This document shows positions 11,401 to 20,924 of a stretch of DNA of 64,000 bases, one piece after another. Position 1 is the first letter of the stretch, and each line of letters starts with the position of its first letter. The notes under the pieces were generated by a model that saw only the letters and a program-made list of their open reading frames with translations, had not been told where the DNA came from and ran no database searches. Origin of the DNA: Oxalobacteraceae bacterium (lineage in GTDB: Bacteria > Pseudomonadota > Gammaproteobacteria > Burkholderiales > Burkholderiaceae_D); contig JBJTAS010000023.1 of the NCBI GenBank assembly GCA_046090895.1, positions 6,914 to 70,913 on the forward strand. Reading direction: 5' to 3'. The position numbers were made by a program, and so were the translations under genes.

Positions 11401-11967
11401 ATGCCTTTGTCTGCCCCGACCTACTCCCGTGCGCTGCGCCACACCCGCAGCATCGAGGCACAAGCCTTCCAGCGCGACGACGGTTTGTGGGACATCGACA
11501 CGCGTATTACCGATACCAAAACCCGCATTGCAGATCTCGCCTCTGGCGCAAGACCTGCAGGCACGCCGATCCATGACCTCTGGCTAAGAATCACCATCGA
11601 CACCAATCTCACTATTGTCGATGCCGAGGCTATCTCTGATGCGGTGCCTTACCCGGGATACTGCAATACGATCAGCCCAGCCTACAAGAAACTCATCGGA
11701 CTCAACCTGCTCCGCGGCTTTCGCCGCGAGCTGAAAGATCGCTTGTCCGGGATTGATGGTTGCACTCATCTGACGGAACTGGCCGGCGTGCTGCCCACGG
11801 CGGCCATTCAGGCATTCGCTGGCGATGTGCTGCCAACACGCGACGGCGCAAACGATGACGACAGCGTTCATCCACCCTTTCAGATTGATCGTTGCCACGC
11901 ATTGCGACGCGATGGATCTGCTGTAGAAAAATACTATCCGCGCTGGTTCCTCAAGTCTGGCGCCTGA
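11401..11967 (+). CDS. DUF2889 domain protein
   Basis: HTRSI...RDDGLWDID, PYPGYC, GCTHLTEL, CHAL motifs; upstream of sucC. Confidence 0.8.
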   Translation: MPLSAPTYSRALRHTRSIEAQAFQRDDGLWDIDTRITDTKTRIADLASGARPAGTPIHDLWLRITIDTNLTIVDAEAISDAVPYPGYCNTISPAYKKLIGLNLLRGFRRELKDRLSGIDGCTHLTELAGVLPTAAIQAFAGDVLPTRDGANDDDSVHPPFQIDRCHALRRDGSAVEKYYPRWFLKSGA

Positions 11968-12064
11968 TTGCCGCAACACCAGTCGTTTTTGAAAAACATC
12001 TGCCGCACAACGTAATTAACATCATTCGATCCATCCTACCTATTGTGACCTGAGGGAAGTCCGC

Positions 12065-13231
12065 ATGAAAATCCATGAATACCAGGGAAAAGAAATCCTG
12101 AAAAAATACGGCGTCACCGTGCTGCTAGGCATACCCTGCATGAGCGTTGATGAGGCAGTCAAGGCAGCCGAAACGCTAGGCGGACCCGTGTGGGTGGTAA
12201 AGGCCCAGATCCATGCCGGTGGCCGCGGCAAGGGCGGTGGTGTGAAAGTCGCGAAATCCATCGACCAAGTGCGCGACTACGCAAACCAAATCATGGGCAT
12301 GCAGCTGATCACGCACCAGACTGGCGCCGAGGGTCAAAAAGTGCGCCGCTTGCTGATCGAGGAAGGTGCGGACATCAAGAAGGAACTCTACGTGTCTATG
12401 GTCACAGACCGCATCTCGCAGCGTGTCGTGCTCATGGCCTCCTCCGAGGGCGGTATGGACATCGAAGAGGTCGCCGAGAAGCATCCTGAATTGATTCACA
12501 AGGTAGAGATCGATCCGGCCACTGGCCTCAAAGATCAGGAGGCGGACGATATCGCCAGCAAGATCGGCGTGCCGGCATCCTCGATTCCGGAGGCGCGCAC
12601 CCTGCTGCAAGGACTATACAAAGCCTACTGGGACACCGATGCATCGCTGGCTGAGATCAATCCACTGATTTTGACGGGAGATGGCAAGGTAATCGCGCTG
12701 GATGCAAAATTCAATTTCGATGCCAACGCGCTGTTCCGACAGCCCGAAATCATGGCCTACCGCGATCTGGATGAAGAAGATCCCGCAGAAATTGAAGCCT
12801 CCAAGTTTGATCTGGCCTACATCTCGCTTGACGGCAATATCGGCTGTCTGGTGAACGGCGCCGGTCTGGCGATGGCCACCATGGATACCATCAAGCTGTT
12901 TGACGGAGAACCCGCCAACTTTCTCGACGTCGGCGGCGGCGCCACCGCCGAGAAGGTAACGGAGGCCTTCAAAATCATGCTGAAGAATCCTCACCTGCAG
13001 GCGATTCTGGTGAATATTTTTGGTGGCATCATGCGCTGCGACGTGATCGCCGAGGGCGTGATCACGGCCTCGCGCGCTGTTTCGCTGACAGTGCCGCTGG
13101 TGGTGCGCATGAAAGGCACCAATGAAGACATCGGCAAAAAAATGCTTGCCGACTCCGGTCTGCCCATCATCTCTGCCGACACCATGGAAGAGGCTGCGCA
13201 AAAAGTCGTCGCTGCTGCCAACGGAAAATAA
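12065..13231 (+). CDS. sucC: Succinyl-CoA synthetase beta subunit
   Basis: [46 protein letters not shown]. Confidence 0.98.
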   Translation: MKIHEYQGKEILKKYGVTVLLGIPCMSVDEAVKAAETLGGPVWVVKAQIHAGGRGKGGGVKVAKSIDQVRDYANQIMGMQLITHQTGAEGQKVRRLLIEEGADIKKELYVSMVTDRISQRVVLMASSEGGMDIEEVAEKHPELIHKVEIDPATGLKDQEADDIASKIGVPASSIPEARTLLQGLYKAYWDTDASLAEINPLILTGDGKVIALDAKFNFDANALFRQPEIMAYRDLDEEDPAEIEASKFDLAYISLDGNIGCLVNGAGLAMATMDTIKLFDGEPANFLDVGGGATAEKVTEAFKIMLKNPHLQAILVNIFGGIMRCDVIAEGVITASRAVSLTVPLVVRMKGTNEDIGKKMLADSGLPIISADTMEEAAQKVVAAANGK

Positions 13232-13247
13232 TCACCAAGGAATTCAT

Positions 13248-14129
13248 ATGTCTATTCTGATCAACAAAGACACCAAGGTCATCACTCAGGGTATTACCGG
13301 CAAGACTGGCCAGTTCCATACCCGCATGTGCCGCGACTACGCAAATGGCAAACATTGCTTCGTCGCCGGCGTCAATCCCAAAAAAGCCGGAGAAGACTTC
13401 GAGGGCATTCCCATTTTTGCGAACGTCAAGGAAGCCAAGAAAGCCACGGGTGCCACCGTCTCTGTCATTTACGTCCCCCCCGCCGGTGCGGCCGATGCGA
13501 TCTGGGAAGCCGTCGATGCCGAGCTTGATCTCACCATCTGCATTACCGAAGGCATTCCGGTGCGAGACATGCTGGCACTAAAAGACAAAATGAAAAAAGC
13601 GGGTAGCAAGACTCTGCTGCTTGGCCCAAACTGTCCCGGCCTGATCACGCCTGATGAGATCAAGATCGGCATCATGCCCGGCCACATTCACAGAAAAGGT
13701 CGTATTGGTGTTGTCTCGCGCTCCGGCACGCTGACTTATGAAGCCGTTGGTCAGCTGACCGCGTTGGGTCTCGGTCAGTCCTCAGCCGTTGGTATCGGCG
13801 GCGATCCCATCAATGGTCTCAAGCATATCGACATCATGAAGAAGTTCAATGACGATCCTGGCACCGACGCCGTCATCATGATCGGCGAGATCGGTGGCCC
13901 GGACGAGGCGAATGCAGCGCACTGGATCAAGGAAAATATGAAGAAACCAGTCGTCGGTTTCATTGCCGGTGTGACCGCACCTCCGGGCAAGCGCATGGGT
14001 CATGCCGGAGCGCTGATCTCCGGTGGCGCCGATACCGCACAGGCGAAGCTGGAAATCATGGGTGCCTGCGGTATCAAGGTGACACACAATCCGTCAGAGA
14101 TGGGACGTTTGCTAAAAGCGATGCTGTGA
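13248..14129 (+). CDS. sucD: Succinyl-CoA synthetase alpha subunit
   Basis: MSILINKDTKVITQGITG, GPNCPG, RMGHAGA. Confidence 0.98.
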   Translation: MSILINKDTKVITQGITGKTGQFHTRMCRDYANGKHCFVAGVNPKKAGEDFEGIPIFANVKEAKKATGATVSVIYVPPAGAADAIWEAVDAELDLTICITEGIPVRDMLALKDKMKKAGSKTLLLGPNCPGLITPDEIKIGIMPGHIHRKGRIGVVSRSGTLTYEAVGQLTALGLGQSSAVGIGGDPINGLKHIDIMKKFNDDPGTDAVIMIGEIGGPDEANAAHWIKENMKKPVVGFIAGVTAPPGKRMGHAGALISGGADTAQAKLEIMGACGIKVTHNPSEMGRLLKAML

Positions 14130-14153
14130 TCAGTGGCCAACGATAGGTTCATC

Positions 14154-14177
14154 AAAGGGGGCCTAGGCTCCCTTTTT
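14154..14177. terminator. Bidirectional intrinsic terminator between sucD and pilA
   Basis: AAAGGGGGCC-TA-GGCTCCCTTTTT hairpin between convergent genes. Confidence 0.7.
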
Positions 14178-14191
14178 ACTGGGCTAAGCGA

Positions 14192-14662
14192 TCAGATTTT
14201 GGGAAGCAGGCGGGGCGGGATGCTACCTGCAATAGCCCATCGCATTTCCGAGCCAGCCGCACAAGTCCCGGTATAAACGATGTTTTGTCCGGCGGTGATG
14301 CCCGGGATGGTGCCGTTAAAGGTCACTGTGATACTCGCTTGCGTGTTATTGATACCTGTGACAGCCACACTGTCGACATGGCGACCCTGAATGGTGGCAG
14401 CTGCAGGTAATCCGAGGTCGTCATGACTGAGCGCTGCCGCTCTTTCATTGAGCGTGCCATAACTGCACGCCGCACCCAGCGCCGTCATCGCCGGCGTTGC
14501 CAGACTGGACCCCTCAGAAATGCGCGCTTTCGCTGTGTAATCCTGATACGCCGGTATACCCACGGCCGCCAAAATACCAATGATCGCTACCACGATCATC
14601 AGTTCAATCAGTGTGAAGCCCTGTTGCACCCGCGACGGGTGATGATAAGAAGACATTCGCAT
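14192..14662 (-). CDS. pilA: Type IVa major pilin
   Basis: [30 protein letters not shown] prepilin cleavage motif. Confidence 0.92.
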   Translation of the reverse strand: MRMSSYHHPSRVQQGFTLIELMIVVAIIGILAAVGIPAYQDYTAKARISEGSSLATPAMTALGAACSYGTLNERAAALSHDDLGLPAAATIQGRHVDSVAVTGINNTQASITVTFNGTIPGITAGQNIVYTGTCAAGSEMRWAIAGSIPPRLLPKI

Positions 14663-14728
14663 AAAGCACCCCTTGGAATAGATCAGTGAACATTGATCCA
14701 CTTGGATTGTGTGGATTGGTTCGTCATG

Positions 14729-14744
14729 GCAAAGTTTGTGCCAA
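14729..14744 (-). promoter_or_regulatory. Sigma54 (-24/-12) promoter of pilA
   Basis: Minus strand TTGGCACAAACTTTGC = GG-N10-GC consensus, about 65 bp upstream of the pilin start. Confidence 0.8.
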
Positions 14745-15171
14745 CGAGAAAAAACCTTATGGTTTGATAAAAGCCTCACAAAAAAATCTCTGATCGCACA
14801 AATTGACACGAATGACTTAGGTTATTTGCCCCATTTTCACTGTTCACTGAACAAATGATCGTTGATCGAACAACTTGGTCTGCGCAAAGCGGCTGAGCGA
14901 TACCCTCTCTCAAGCACGCTTGAAGAAAAAAATAAAGTGTTGCAACTACGAGCGACATAATTTGTAAAACTCATCAAAAAGTTGTCCCTGCCTGCCGATA
15001 AAAGGCCTACCTATGCATCCGACTGCCGGTCCTCTCTTGGCCCATTGCGATTAGTTTCCAAAAAGCATCAAAATGCTAGAATAGGTGCCGTTTCTGCGTA
15101 ACGCAGTCAACTAAAAACCCGGGACTCAATGGAGCCCGGCACCAAGACCACCCTGGAGCAAGGGCATTGTC

Positions 15172-15813
15172 ATGACACAGCGGCAAAGCCGGATCATGGC
15201 TGGAGAGATGGATGCAGATGAGTTCGGCGGGCGCTGGCGCCGCCGCCTCGTCCGGGCAATTGCTCTCGTAGTCTTTCTCTGGCTGGGTATCAAGGCGCTT
15301 TTCGCTGCACCGGGCAGCCTGTGGATCTGGGCGGTTGGTCTCTACAGCCTTCTGTGGTTGCTCTCGCCACTGATGGTCTGGTGGGCGGGACGCCGACGGC
15401 GTACCGTCTGGCGTCGCGATGGCAGGATGTTCGAGCCTAGCTTGCCACAGCCGGTGTCCGATATTCCTGAGGAGCAGGAATGGACGCTGCCGTTTCATCC
15501 GCTCATCCGTGTACCGCTGGCCTTGCTGCTAATGGGCTTGATGTACTGGGTGCTGGTCATGCATCAGATGCAACTGCCGGGCCACTGGCTGGTCGCAACC
15601 ACGGTAGTGACGATCATCAATCTTTGGTCTTGGCGTGAGCCGCTGGTGCTGGTGGCGCTGGTAGCCGTGGGTGTGCTGCTGATGACGATCGTCGGATGGA
15701 TCATCAACCACTTACCCATCGAAGCGGCGATCGCCGTGCTGATACTGATTCCCATCGTGACTTTTGTCGCAGTCAATGAGCTGCGCAAACGTAAATTCAA
15801 ATCGCAGGCATGA
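15172..15813 (+). CDS. Hypothetical multi-pass membrane protein
   Basis: About 6 hydrophobic segments; ATGA overlap with the next gene. Confidence 0.7.
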   Translation: MTQRQSRIMAGEMDADEFGGRWRRRLVRAIALVVFLWLGIKALFAAPGSLWIWAVGLYSLLWLLSPLMVWWAGRRRRTVWRRDGRMFEPSLPQPVSDIPEEQEWTLPFHPLIRVPLALLLMGLMYWVLVMHQMQLPGHWLVATTVVTIINLWSWREPLVLVALVAVGVLLMTIVGWIINHLPIEAAIAVLILIPIVTFVAVNELRKRKFKSQA

Positions 15814-16838
15814 AAAAACAGCCCGGTATCAACGGTGATTATCTGATTCTGAACAGGGATGAGCGGATGTCGATATCGACGCTGCCTACCCTGGTGACGC
15901 TGGGCACACCAGCGGCGGTTCAGACCTTGTATGCGTTCAGTCCGGACATGGGCCCGATCGATTGGGTACTGCCACTGGTGTTGTGGATCTATGGACTCCT
16001 GTTCTGGTTCAATTCCGAAGGTATTCACCTGTTCAAATCAAAAAAATGGGAGTGGACCGACGAGGCTGTCGAAGAGCAGCAACGGTACATGAGCGATACC
16101 CGGATCGCCAGCCGCCGCTTCTGGAAAAAATGGTGGGTACGATTCCCGATTGGGCTGTTGTTCATGAGCGTAGGCATTCATGCCTTGTTCAGCAAAGACT
16201 TCACCGCGCAGTGGCTGAGCTTCATCTTGCTGATGTCGGCGTTCGTGACGCCATTCGTGTTTATCGCAGAGCTGGCGATGCTGCCTCTGGCTATCCTGAT
16301 CGTGCTGGGGTTCATGGCGGTCGTCACACTGACGCCAACATCGGTGATCATCATGCTGGCGGTGCTGGCGATGTTTGCCACCGTGGTGCTCGCGCAAAAT
16401 GTGCGTGCCGGTCAGCTGCAAAAGCCGGTCCGCAAAAAGAAGGAAGACGATCAGGAGGACAAGAAAGACGAGGCCGGCAAGGACGGAGCCGCTGCGACGG
16501 AGGGGGCACCGGCCGCAGGAGGCTCTTCTGTTGGCGAGACCGGCGCGCCGCCCGAGCCACCACCGCCTTCATTGGCAGACGAAACAGCCGCCGAAGTCGC
16601 CCAGAGCGCAGCAGCCCGTGAAGAGGCGAGAGCCGCTGCCGCAGAAGAGCGAGAGGCATCGGTTGCAGCAGCCAGAGCGGCCGCCGACGAGAAAGTCGCG
16701 GCCGCGCAAGCCGCTGCAGCGGCGTCTGCCGAGGCGCGCGATGCGGACAAAGCCGACGGCGCTGTGGCCTCTGCTTCCGACATCAGCGAAGAAACGCCAG
16801 ATGTGCAATCGCCCGCGAATCGCCGGGACACCGCGTAG
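15810..16838 (+). CDS. Hypothetical multi-pass membrane protein with acidic Ala/Glu-rich C-terminal tail
   Basis: TM-rich N-terminal ~200 aa, then a low-complexity tail; followed by a terminator. Confidence 0.7.
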   Translation: MKKQPGINGDYLILNRDERMSISTLPTLVTLGTPAAVQTLYAFSPDMGPIDWVLPLVLWIYGLLFWFNSEGIHLFKSKKWEWTDEAVEEQQRYMSDTRIASRRFWKKWWVRFPIGLLFMSVGIHALFSKDFTAQWLSFILLMSAFVTPFVFIAELAMLPLAILIVLGFMAVVTLTPTSVIIMLAVLAMFATVVLAQNVRAGQLQKPVRKKKEDDQEDKKDEAGKDGAAATEGAPAAGGSSVGETGAPPEPPPPSLADETAAEVAQSAAAREEARAAAAEEREASVAAARAAADEKVAAAQAAAAASAEARDADKADGAVASASDISEETPDVQSPANRRDTA

Positions 16839-16884
16839 AGCTCACTCACTCAACCCGCTCAGCGAGCGCATCGCCAGAAAAACA

Positions 16885-16908
16885 AAAAGCTCTCTTGCGA
16901 GAGCTTTT
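16885..16908. terminator. Bidirectional intrinsic terminator
   Basis: AAAAGCTCTC-TTGC-GAGAGCTTTT between convergent CDS and tRNA. Confidence 0.75.
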
Positions 16909-16942
16909 GCTGCACATATCACCGCTTGTCACCCAGGTTAGG

Positions 16943-17027
16943 TGGTGCCTCGGGTCGGAATCGAACCGACACTCCTTGCGGAACCGGATTTTGAGTCCGG
17001 CGCGTCTACCAATTTCACCACCGAGGC
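16943..17027 (-). tRNA. tRNA-Leu(CAA)
   Basis: Reverse complement GCCTCGGTGGTGAAATTGGTAGAC...CCGGA-CTCAAAA-TCCGG...GGTTCGATTCC...GGCACCA; 85 nt, long variable arm, CCA encoded. Confidence 0.97.
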
Positions 17028-17104
17028 GCGTTCAACGGGAAGAAGTTTACCAGAACTCCGCGCCGATACGCGTCTCCAGCGTGGGTGTCCGGTACGGGAT
17101 TGGC

Positions 17105-17845
17105 CTATTGCATGTGCTGTCCACCATTGATCGCAATATTCGCACCGGTCAGGAAGGCGGCCTCGTCGGAAGCGAGATAAGCCACCAGACCGGCAACCTC
17201 TTCCGGCTTACCCAGGCGTCCCATGGGAATCTGCGGCAGGATCTTGGTTTCGAGTACCTCCGGTGCAATGGCCGTCACCATCTTGGTGCCGATGTATCCG
17301 GGTGAGATGGTGTTCACAGTGACGCCTTTCTTCGCTACCTCCAGTGCCAGTGCCTTGGAAAAGCCGTGCATGCCTGCCTTGGCGGCCGAGTAATTGGTCT
17401 GTCCGAAAGCGCCCTTTTGGCCATTGACCGAAGAAATATTGATGATGCGTCCCCAGCCGCGATCCGTCATGCCGTCGCATACCGGTTTAGTCATGTTGAA
17501 CACGGAATCCAGATTGGTCTGCATCACTGCATCCCAGTTGGTTTTGTCCATTTTTTTGAAGGTCATGTCGCGAGTGATGCCGGCGTTATTGACCAATACA
17601 TCAATGGGTCCCATATCCTTGACGATGTGCGAGATACATTCCTGCGCCGACTGAAAATTAGCGACATCGCAGGGATAGGCACGAAAGTCGTGGCCTTTGG
17701 CTTTCATCTCTGCCAGCCATGCGCTCACTTTGGTATTGCCAGGCGAGTAGGTGGTCGCTACCTGATAACCCATATCGGCCATCTTGATGCAAATCGCTTC
17801 ACCCAGACCGCCCATGCCGCCGGTGACTAAGGTAACTCTGCTCAT
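17105..17845 (-). CDS. phaB: Acetoacetyl-CoA reductase
   Basis: VTGGMGGLG, NNAGITRD, SSVNGQKGAFGQTNYSAAKAG. Confidence 0.95.
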   Translation of the reverse strand: MSRVTLVTGGMGGLGEAICIKMADMGYQVATTYSPGNTKVSAWLAEMKAKGHDFRAYPCDVANFQSAQECISHIVKDMGPIDVLVNNAGITRDMTFKKMDKTNWDAVMQTNLDSVFNMTKPVCDGMTDRGWGRIINISSVNGQKGAFGQTNYSAAKAGMHGFSKALALEVAKKGVTVNTISPGYIGTKMVTAIAPEVLETKILPQIPMGRLGKPEEVAGLVAYLASDEAAFLTGANIAINGGQHMQ

Positions 17846-17900
17846 ATGTGCTCCCTGATAAAGTATTTTTTATTGTCATCCGTGCTCATCAACGCCCTCA

Positions 17901-19076
17901 TCAACGCTCTATCGCCAGCGCAACACCCATACCACCGCCGATACAAAGACTGGCCAATCCTTTTCTGGCATCGCGCCGTATCATTTCGTGAATCAGCGTG
18001 ACCAGCACGCGGCAGCCTGAAGCACCAATCGGGTGGCCGATTGCGATCGCTCCGCCATTCACATTGATCTTGCGGGTATCCCAACCCATTTCCTTGTTGA
18101 CGGCGATTGCTTGGGCGGCGAAGGCTTCGTTGATCTCCATCAGATCGAGATCCTGGTGCGTCCAGCCCGCTTTTTTCAGGCAAAGCTGACTCGCCGACAC
18201 AGGACCCATGCCCATCACGGAAGGGTCCAGTCCCGATGAGGCATACGCACGTATCTTGACCAAGGATTTCAAGCCCAGCGCGCTCGCTTTTTTTGCACTC
18301 ATCATCATCACGGCTGCTGCGCCGTCATTGATGCCCGACGCATTGCCTGCGGTGACAGTGCCTTCTTTGGAAAATGCAGGACGCAGCGAGGACAGGGCGT
18401 CGAGCGTACTGCCCGGTTTGATGTATTCGTCGCTGTCGAACACGACACTGCCTTTCTTACTGGCGATTTCCAGTGGCAGGATCTCGTCGCTGAATCTTCC
18501 GGCTTGTTGTGCAGCCTCGGCTTTGTGCTGTGAGGCAAGCGCAAATTCATCTTGCTCGGTGCGCGAGACATTGAATTTTTTTGCGACATTTTCTGCGGTA
18601 ACACCCATGTGGTACTGGTTATAAACATCCCAAAGACCATCGACGATCATGGTGTCGACCAGTTTGGCATCACCCATCCGAAAACCATCGCGGGAGTGGT
18701 TTAGTACATGGGGCGAGGCGCTCATGTTTTCCTGTCCACCCGCGATCACGATCTCTGCATCACCGCACTTGATCGCCTGCGCTGCGAGATGGCTTGCCTT
18801 CAGCCCGCTGCCGCAGACCTTGTTGATCGTCATGCCCGGTACCCTGTCAGGCACACCGGCTTTGATCAGCGCTTGTCGGGCGGGGTTTTGTCCAACCCCT
18901 GCTGCCAGTACCTGGCCGAGTATCACTTCACTGATCAGTTCAGGGTTGATACTTGTTTTTGCGAGCAAGCCCTTGATCACATGCGCGCCGAGCTCGGCCG
19001 CAGGTATCTTGGCCAGTGTTCCTCCAAATTTGCCCACTGCAGTTCTGGCCGCAGCGACAATCACTACATCATCCAT
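17901..19076 (-). CDS. phaA: Acetyl-CoA C-acetyltransferase (beta-ketothiolase)
   Basis: NKVCGSG, NEAFAAQ, GHPIGASG, CIGGGMG. Confidence 0.95.
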   Translation of the reverse strand: MDDVVIVAAARTAVGKFGGTLAKIPAAELGAHVIKGLLAKTSINPELISEVILGQVLAAGVGQNPARQALIKAGVPDRVPGMTINKVCGSGLKASHLAAQAIKCGDAEIVIAGGQENMSASPHVLNHSRDGFRMGDAKLVDTMIVDGLWDVYNQYHMGVTAENVAKKFNVSRTEQDEFALASQHKAEAAQQAGRFSDEILPLEIASKKGSVVFDSDEYIKPGSTLDALSSLRPAFSKEGTVTAGNASGINDGAAAVMMMSAKKASALGLKSLVKIRAYASSGLDPSVMGMGPVSASQLCLKKAGWTHQDLDLMEINEAFAAQAIAVNKEMGWDTRKINVNGGAIAIGHPIGASGCRVLVTLIHEMIRRDARKGLASLCIGGGMGVALAIER

Positions 19077-19403
19077 TCTTGTTCTCCGGTTGCTCGAAAA
19101 AAGTCTTCTAATCAAGTTTGGCAAGGCCGCCCATCTTATCGATGGGCTCTGTGCCATCATTGACGGCGCGCAAATACGTCATGTAGCAAGCAGATATTTG
19201 TTTTGCGGGCGACAAGTGATGTTCGGCAAAAGTCCATGTTGATTGAACATCGGATTTCTGCGGCGGGTGTCCAAACGATCATAGCTCGCTCATTTGGCGA
19301 TAGGGAAAAACTTTTCGGCGCTGAAAACCATCCCAGACCAAAACAGTCTGGAATTCAGTTATCAATTCTGAATGAATTCCGATAGCCTTTTGCAGTGCAG
19401 CAC

Positions 19404-20816
19404 TTATGACGCTTTGCGAAAATCCCGGATCTTGAGGCGCTTGTTCAGCAGCGCTTTGCTAAGAATTTTGTAGGTGTCGATATCAAAGGCGGGTCGCTGC
19501 GGTGCATCGTCGAGCAACTGCCAGAGATGATCTTCAGACTGGGCCGTGCCTAAAAAGCACCAGTTATTCACGAGGTGCAGATCCGTTCTGCCCTGGCCAT
19601 TGTCTTCGATCAGACCAATCGGTCCCTCATAGGGCCAGGTTTTCACGTGCAGCCGGGAGAGCGCCGCCTCCAGGCGTGCGCGATGGAAGGATTCGGCTTC
19701 CTTGCCCACGCAAACGCCCTTGCACAGACGGAGTTGCCAGGCAAAGCAGGGCTTGCCGGACTGCGCACGCCCTTCCAGACCTAGCTGCACCAGGCATAGC
19801 TGGTGCGCCTGGGCGAGTTCGCGCAGGGCGCTCTCTGCTTTACGTTTGGAGCTGAACAAGCCATACAGCCGTTCGGCCTTGCCGAAATCCTGCTCATTGG
19901 CGAACGCTAGCGCGGGCACGGTATGACCGCGTGCATCTTCCTTCAAGCGCCATGCGCACAGATCGCCTTGCCGTCGGAGCGTGCGGTTGTGTATCGGCTG
20001 CAGGTCTTTCACTAACTGCGCTTCGAGCAGTAGTGCGCCGATTTCACCTGCAGTCTCGCGCCACTCGATACGATGCAGCTGTTGCGACAGGCGCATATCT
20101 TTATACAGTTTGTGATCTGAATTGAAATGCGACAGCACGCGTTGCCTGAGACGTATGCTCTTGCCTACATAGAGGGGCAGATCATTTTCACCATAGAACA
20201 GATAAACGCCGGGGGTATCGGGACAATCATCCAGCACATCAGAGGGAAGATGAGATGGCAGGCTAGGTCGCTGCAACAAGGTATCGAGCGCAGAAGACAA
20301 GGTGTCCGGCGGCAAGTCGGATTGGATTTTTTGCCACAACTGCCACAGCACATCCGCATCTGCCAATGCCCGGTGGCGCGCATCGGGCTTCAAATGATGA
20401 CGCGCGATCAGTGCGTCGAGATTGTGACGGTTATGCTCGGGGTAGAGCCGGCGCGAGAGCTTGACAGTACACAGCACGTCAGCACGAAATACCATACCGA
20501 CCTGGCTGAAGGCATTACGCAAAAAACCGTAATCAAAGCGCGCATTGTGCGCAATGAACAGCGCGCCTTGCAGTCGCTCATGCAGCCCCTCGGCCAGCGC
20601 TGAAAACGTCGGAGCACGATGCACCATCGCATTGCTGATGCCGGTGAGGCTTTGTATGAAGGCCGGAATGGGTATTTCCGGATTGACCAGGCTGGACCAG
20701 TGTGTGGCCTTGCCATGCAAATCAACCTCGACCAGGCCGATTTCGGTGATGCGGTCGGATACGGGGTTAGCGCCCGTGGTCTCAAGGTCCACAAAGACCA
20801 ATTTCGCGAAGTTCAT
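19404..20816 (-). CDS. DEDDh (DnaQ-like) exonuclease fused to GIY-YIG (Cho/UvrC-like) nuclease
   Basis: DLETTG, HNARFD, HRALADA; PGVYLF...LYVGKS...RQRVLSHF; Cys cluster CF..QLRLCKGVC. Confidence 0.88.
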   Translation of the reverse strand: MNFAKLVFVDLETTGANPVSDRITEIGLVEVDLHGKATHWSSLVNPEIPIPAFIQSLTGISNAMVHRAPTFSALAEGLHERLQGALFIAHNARFDYGFLRNAFSQVGMVFRADVLCTVKLSRRLYPEHNRHNLDALIARHHLKPDARHRALADADVLWQLWQKIQSDLPPDTLSSALDTLLQRPSLPSHLPSDVLDDCPDTPGVYLFYGENDLPLYVGKSIRLRQRVLSHFNSDHKLYKDMRLSQQLHRIEWRETAGEIGALLLEAQLVKDLQPIHNRTLRRQGDLCAWRLKEDARGHTVPALAFANEQDFGKAERLYGLFSSKRKAESALRELAQAHQLCLVQLGLEGRAQSGKPCFAWQLRLCKGVCVGKEAESFHRARLEAALSRLHVKTWPYEGPIGLIEDNGQGRTDLHLVNNWCFLGTAQSEDHLWQLLDDAPQRPAFDIDTYKILSKALLNKRLKIRDFRKAS

Positions 20817-20924
20817 GCGCTCAGGATGGCAGCCATGGGTGGTAGTCGTGGTCGGTAGCGCACCATGATGAGTCCTGATCTCCGTCGCGACAAGCATACC
20901 CGGGGTCTGCGGGCCTGTGCACCG

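Noticed and set aside
16440-16838. Ala/Glu-rich stretch as a DNA tandem repeat
   Set aside because: Low-complexity protein tail with no exact nucleotide repeat unit
14192-17027. Integrated island or prophage at tRNA-Leu
   Set aside because: No integrase and no duplicated tRNA 3' end seen in the window
19350-19380. GGAATTCA...TGAATTCC inverted repeat between the exonuclease gene and phaA
   Set aside because: AT-rich, long loop, single occurrence; cannot separate from chance or a weak terminator
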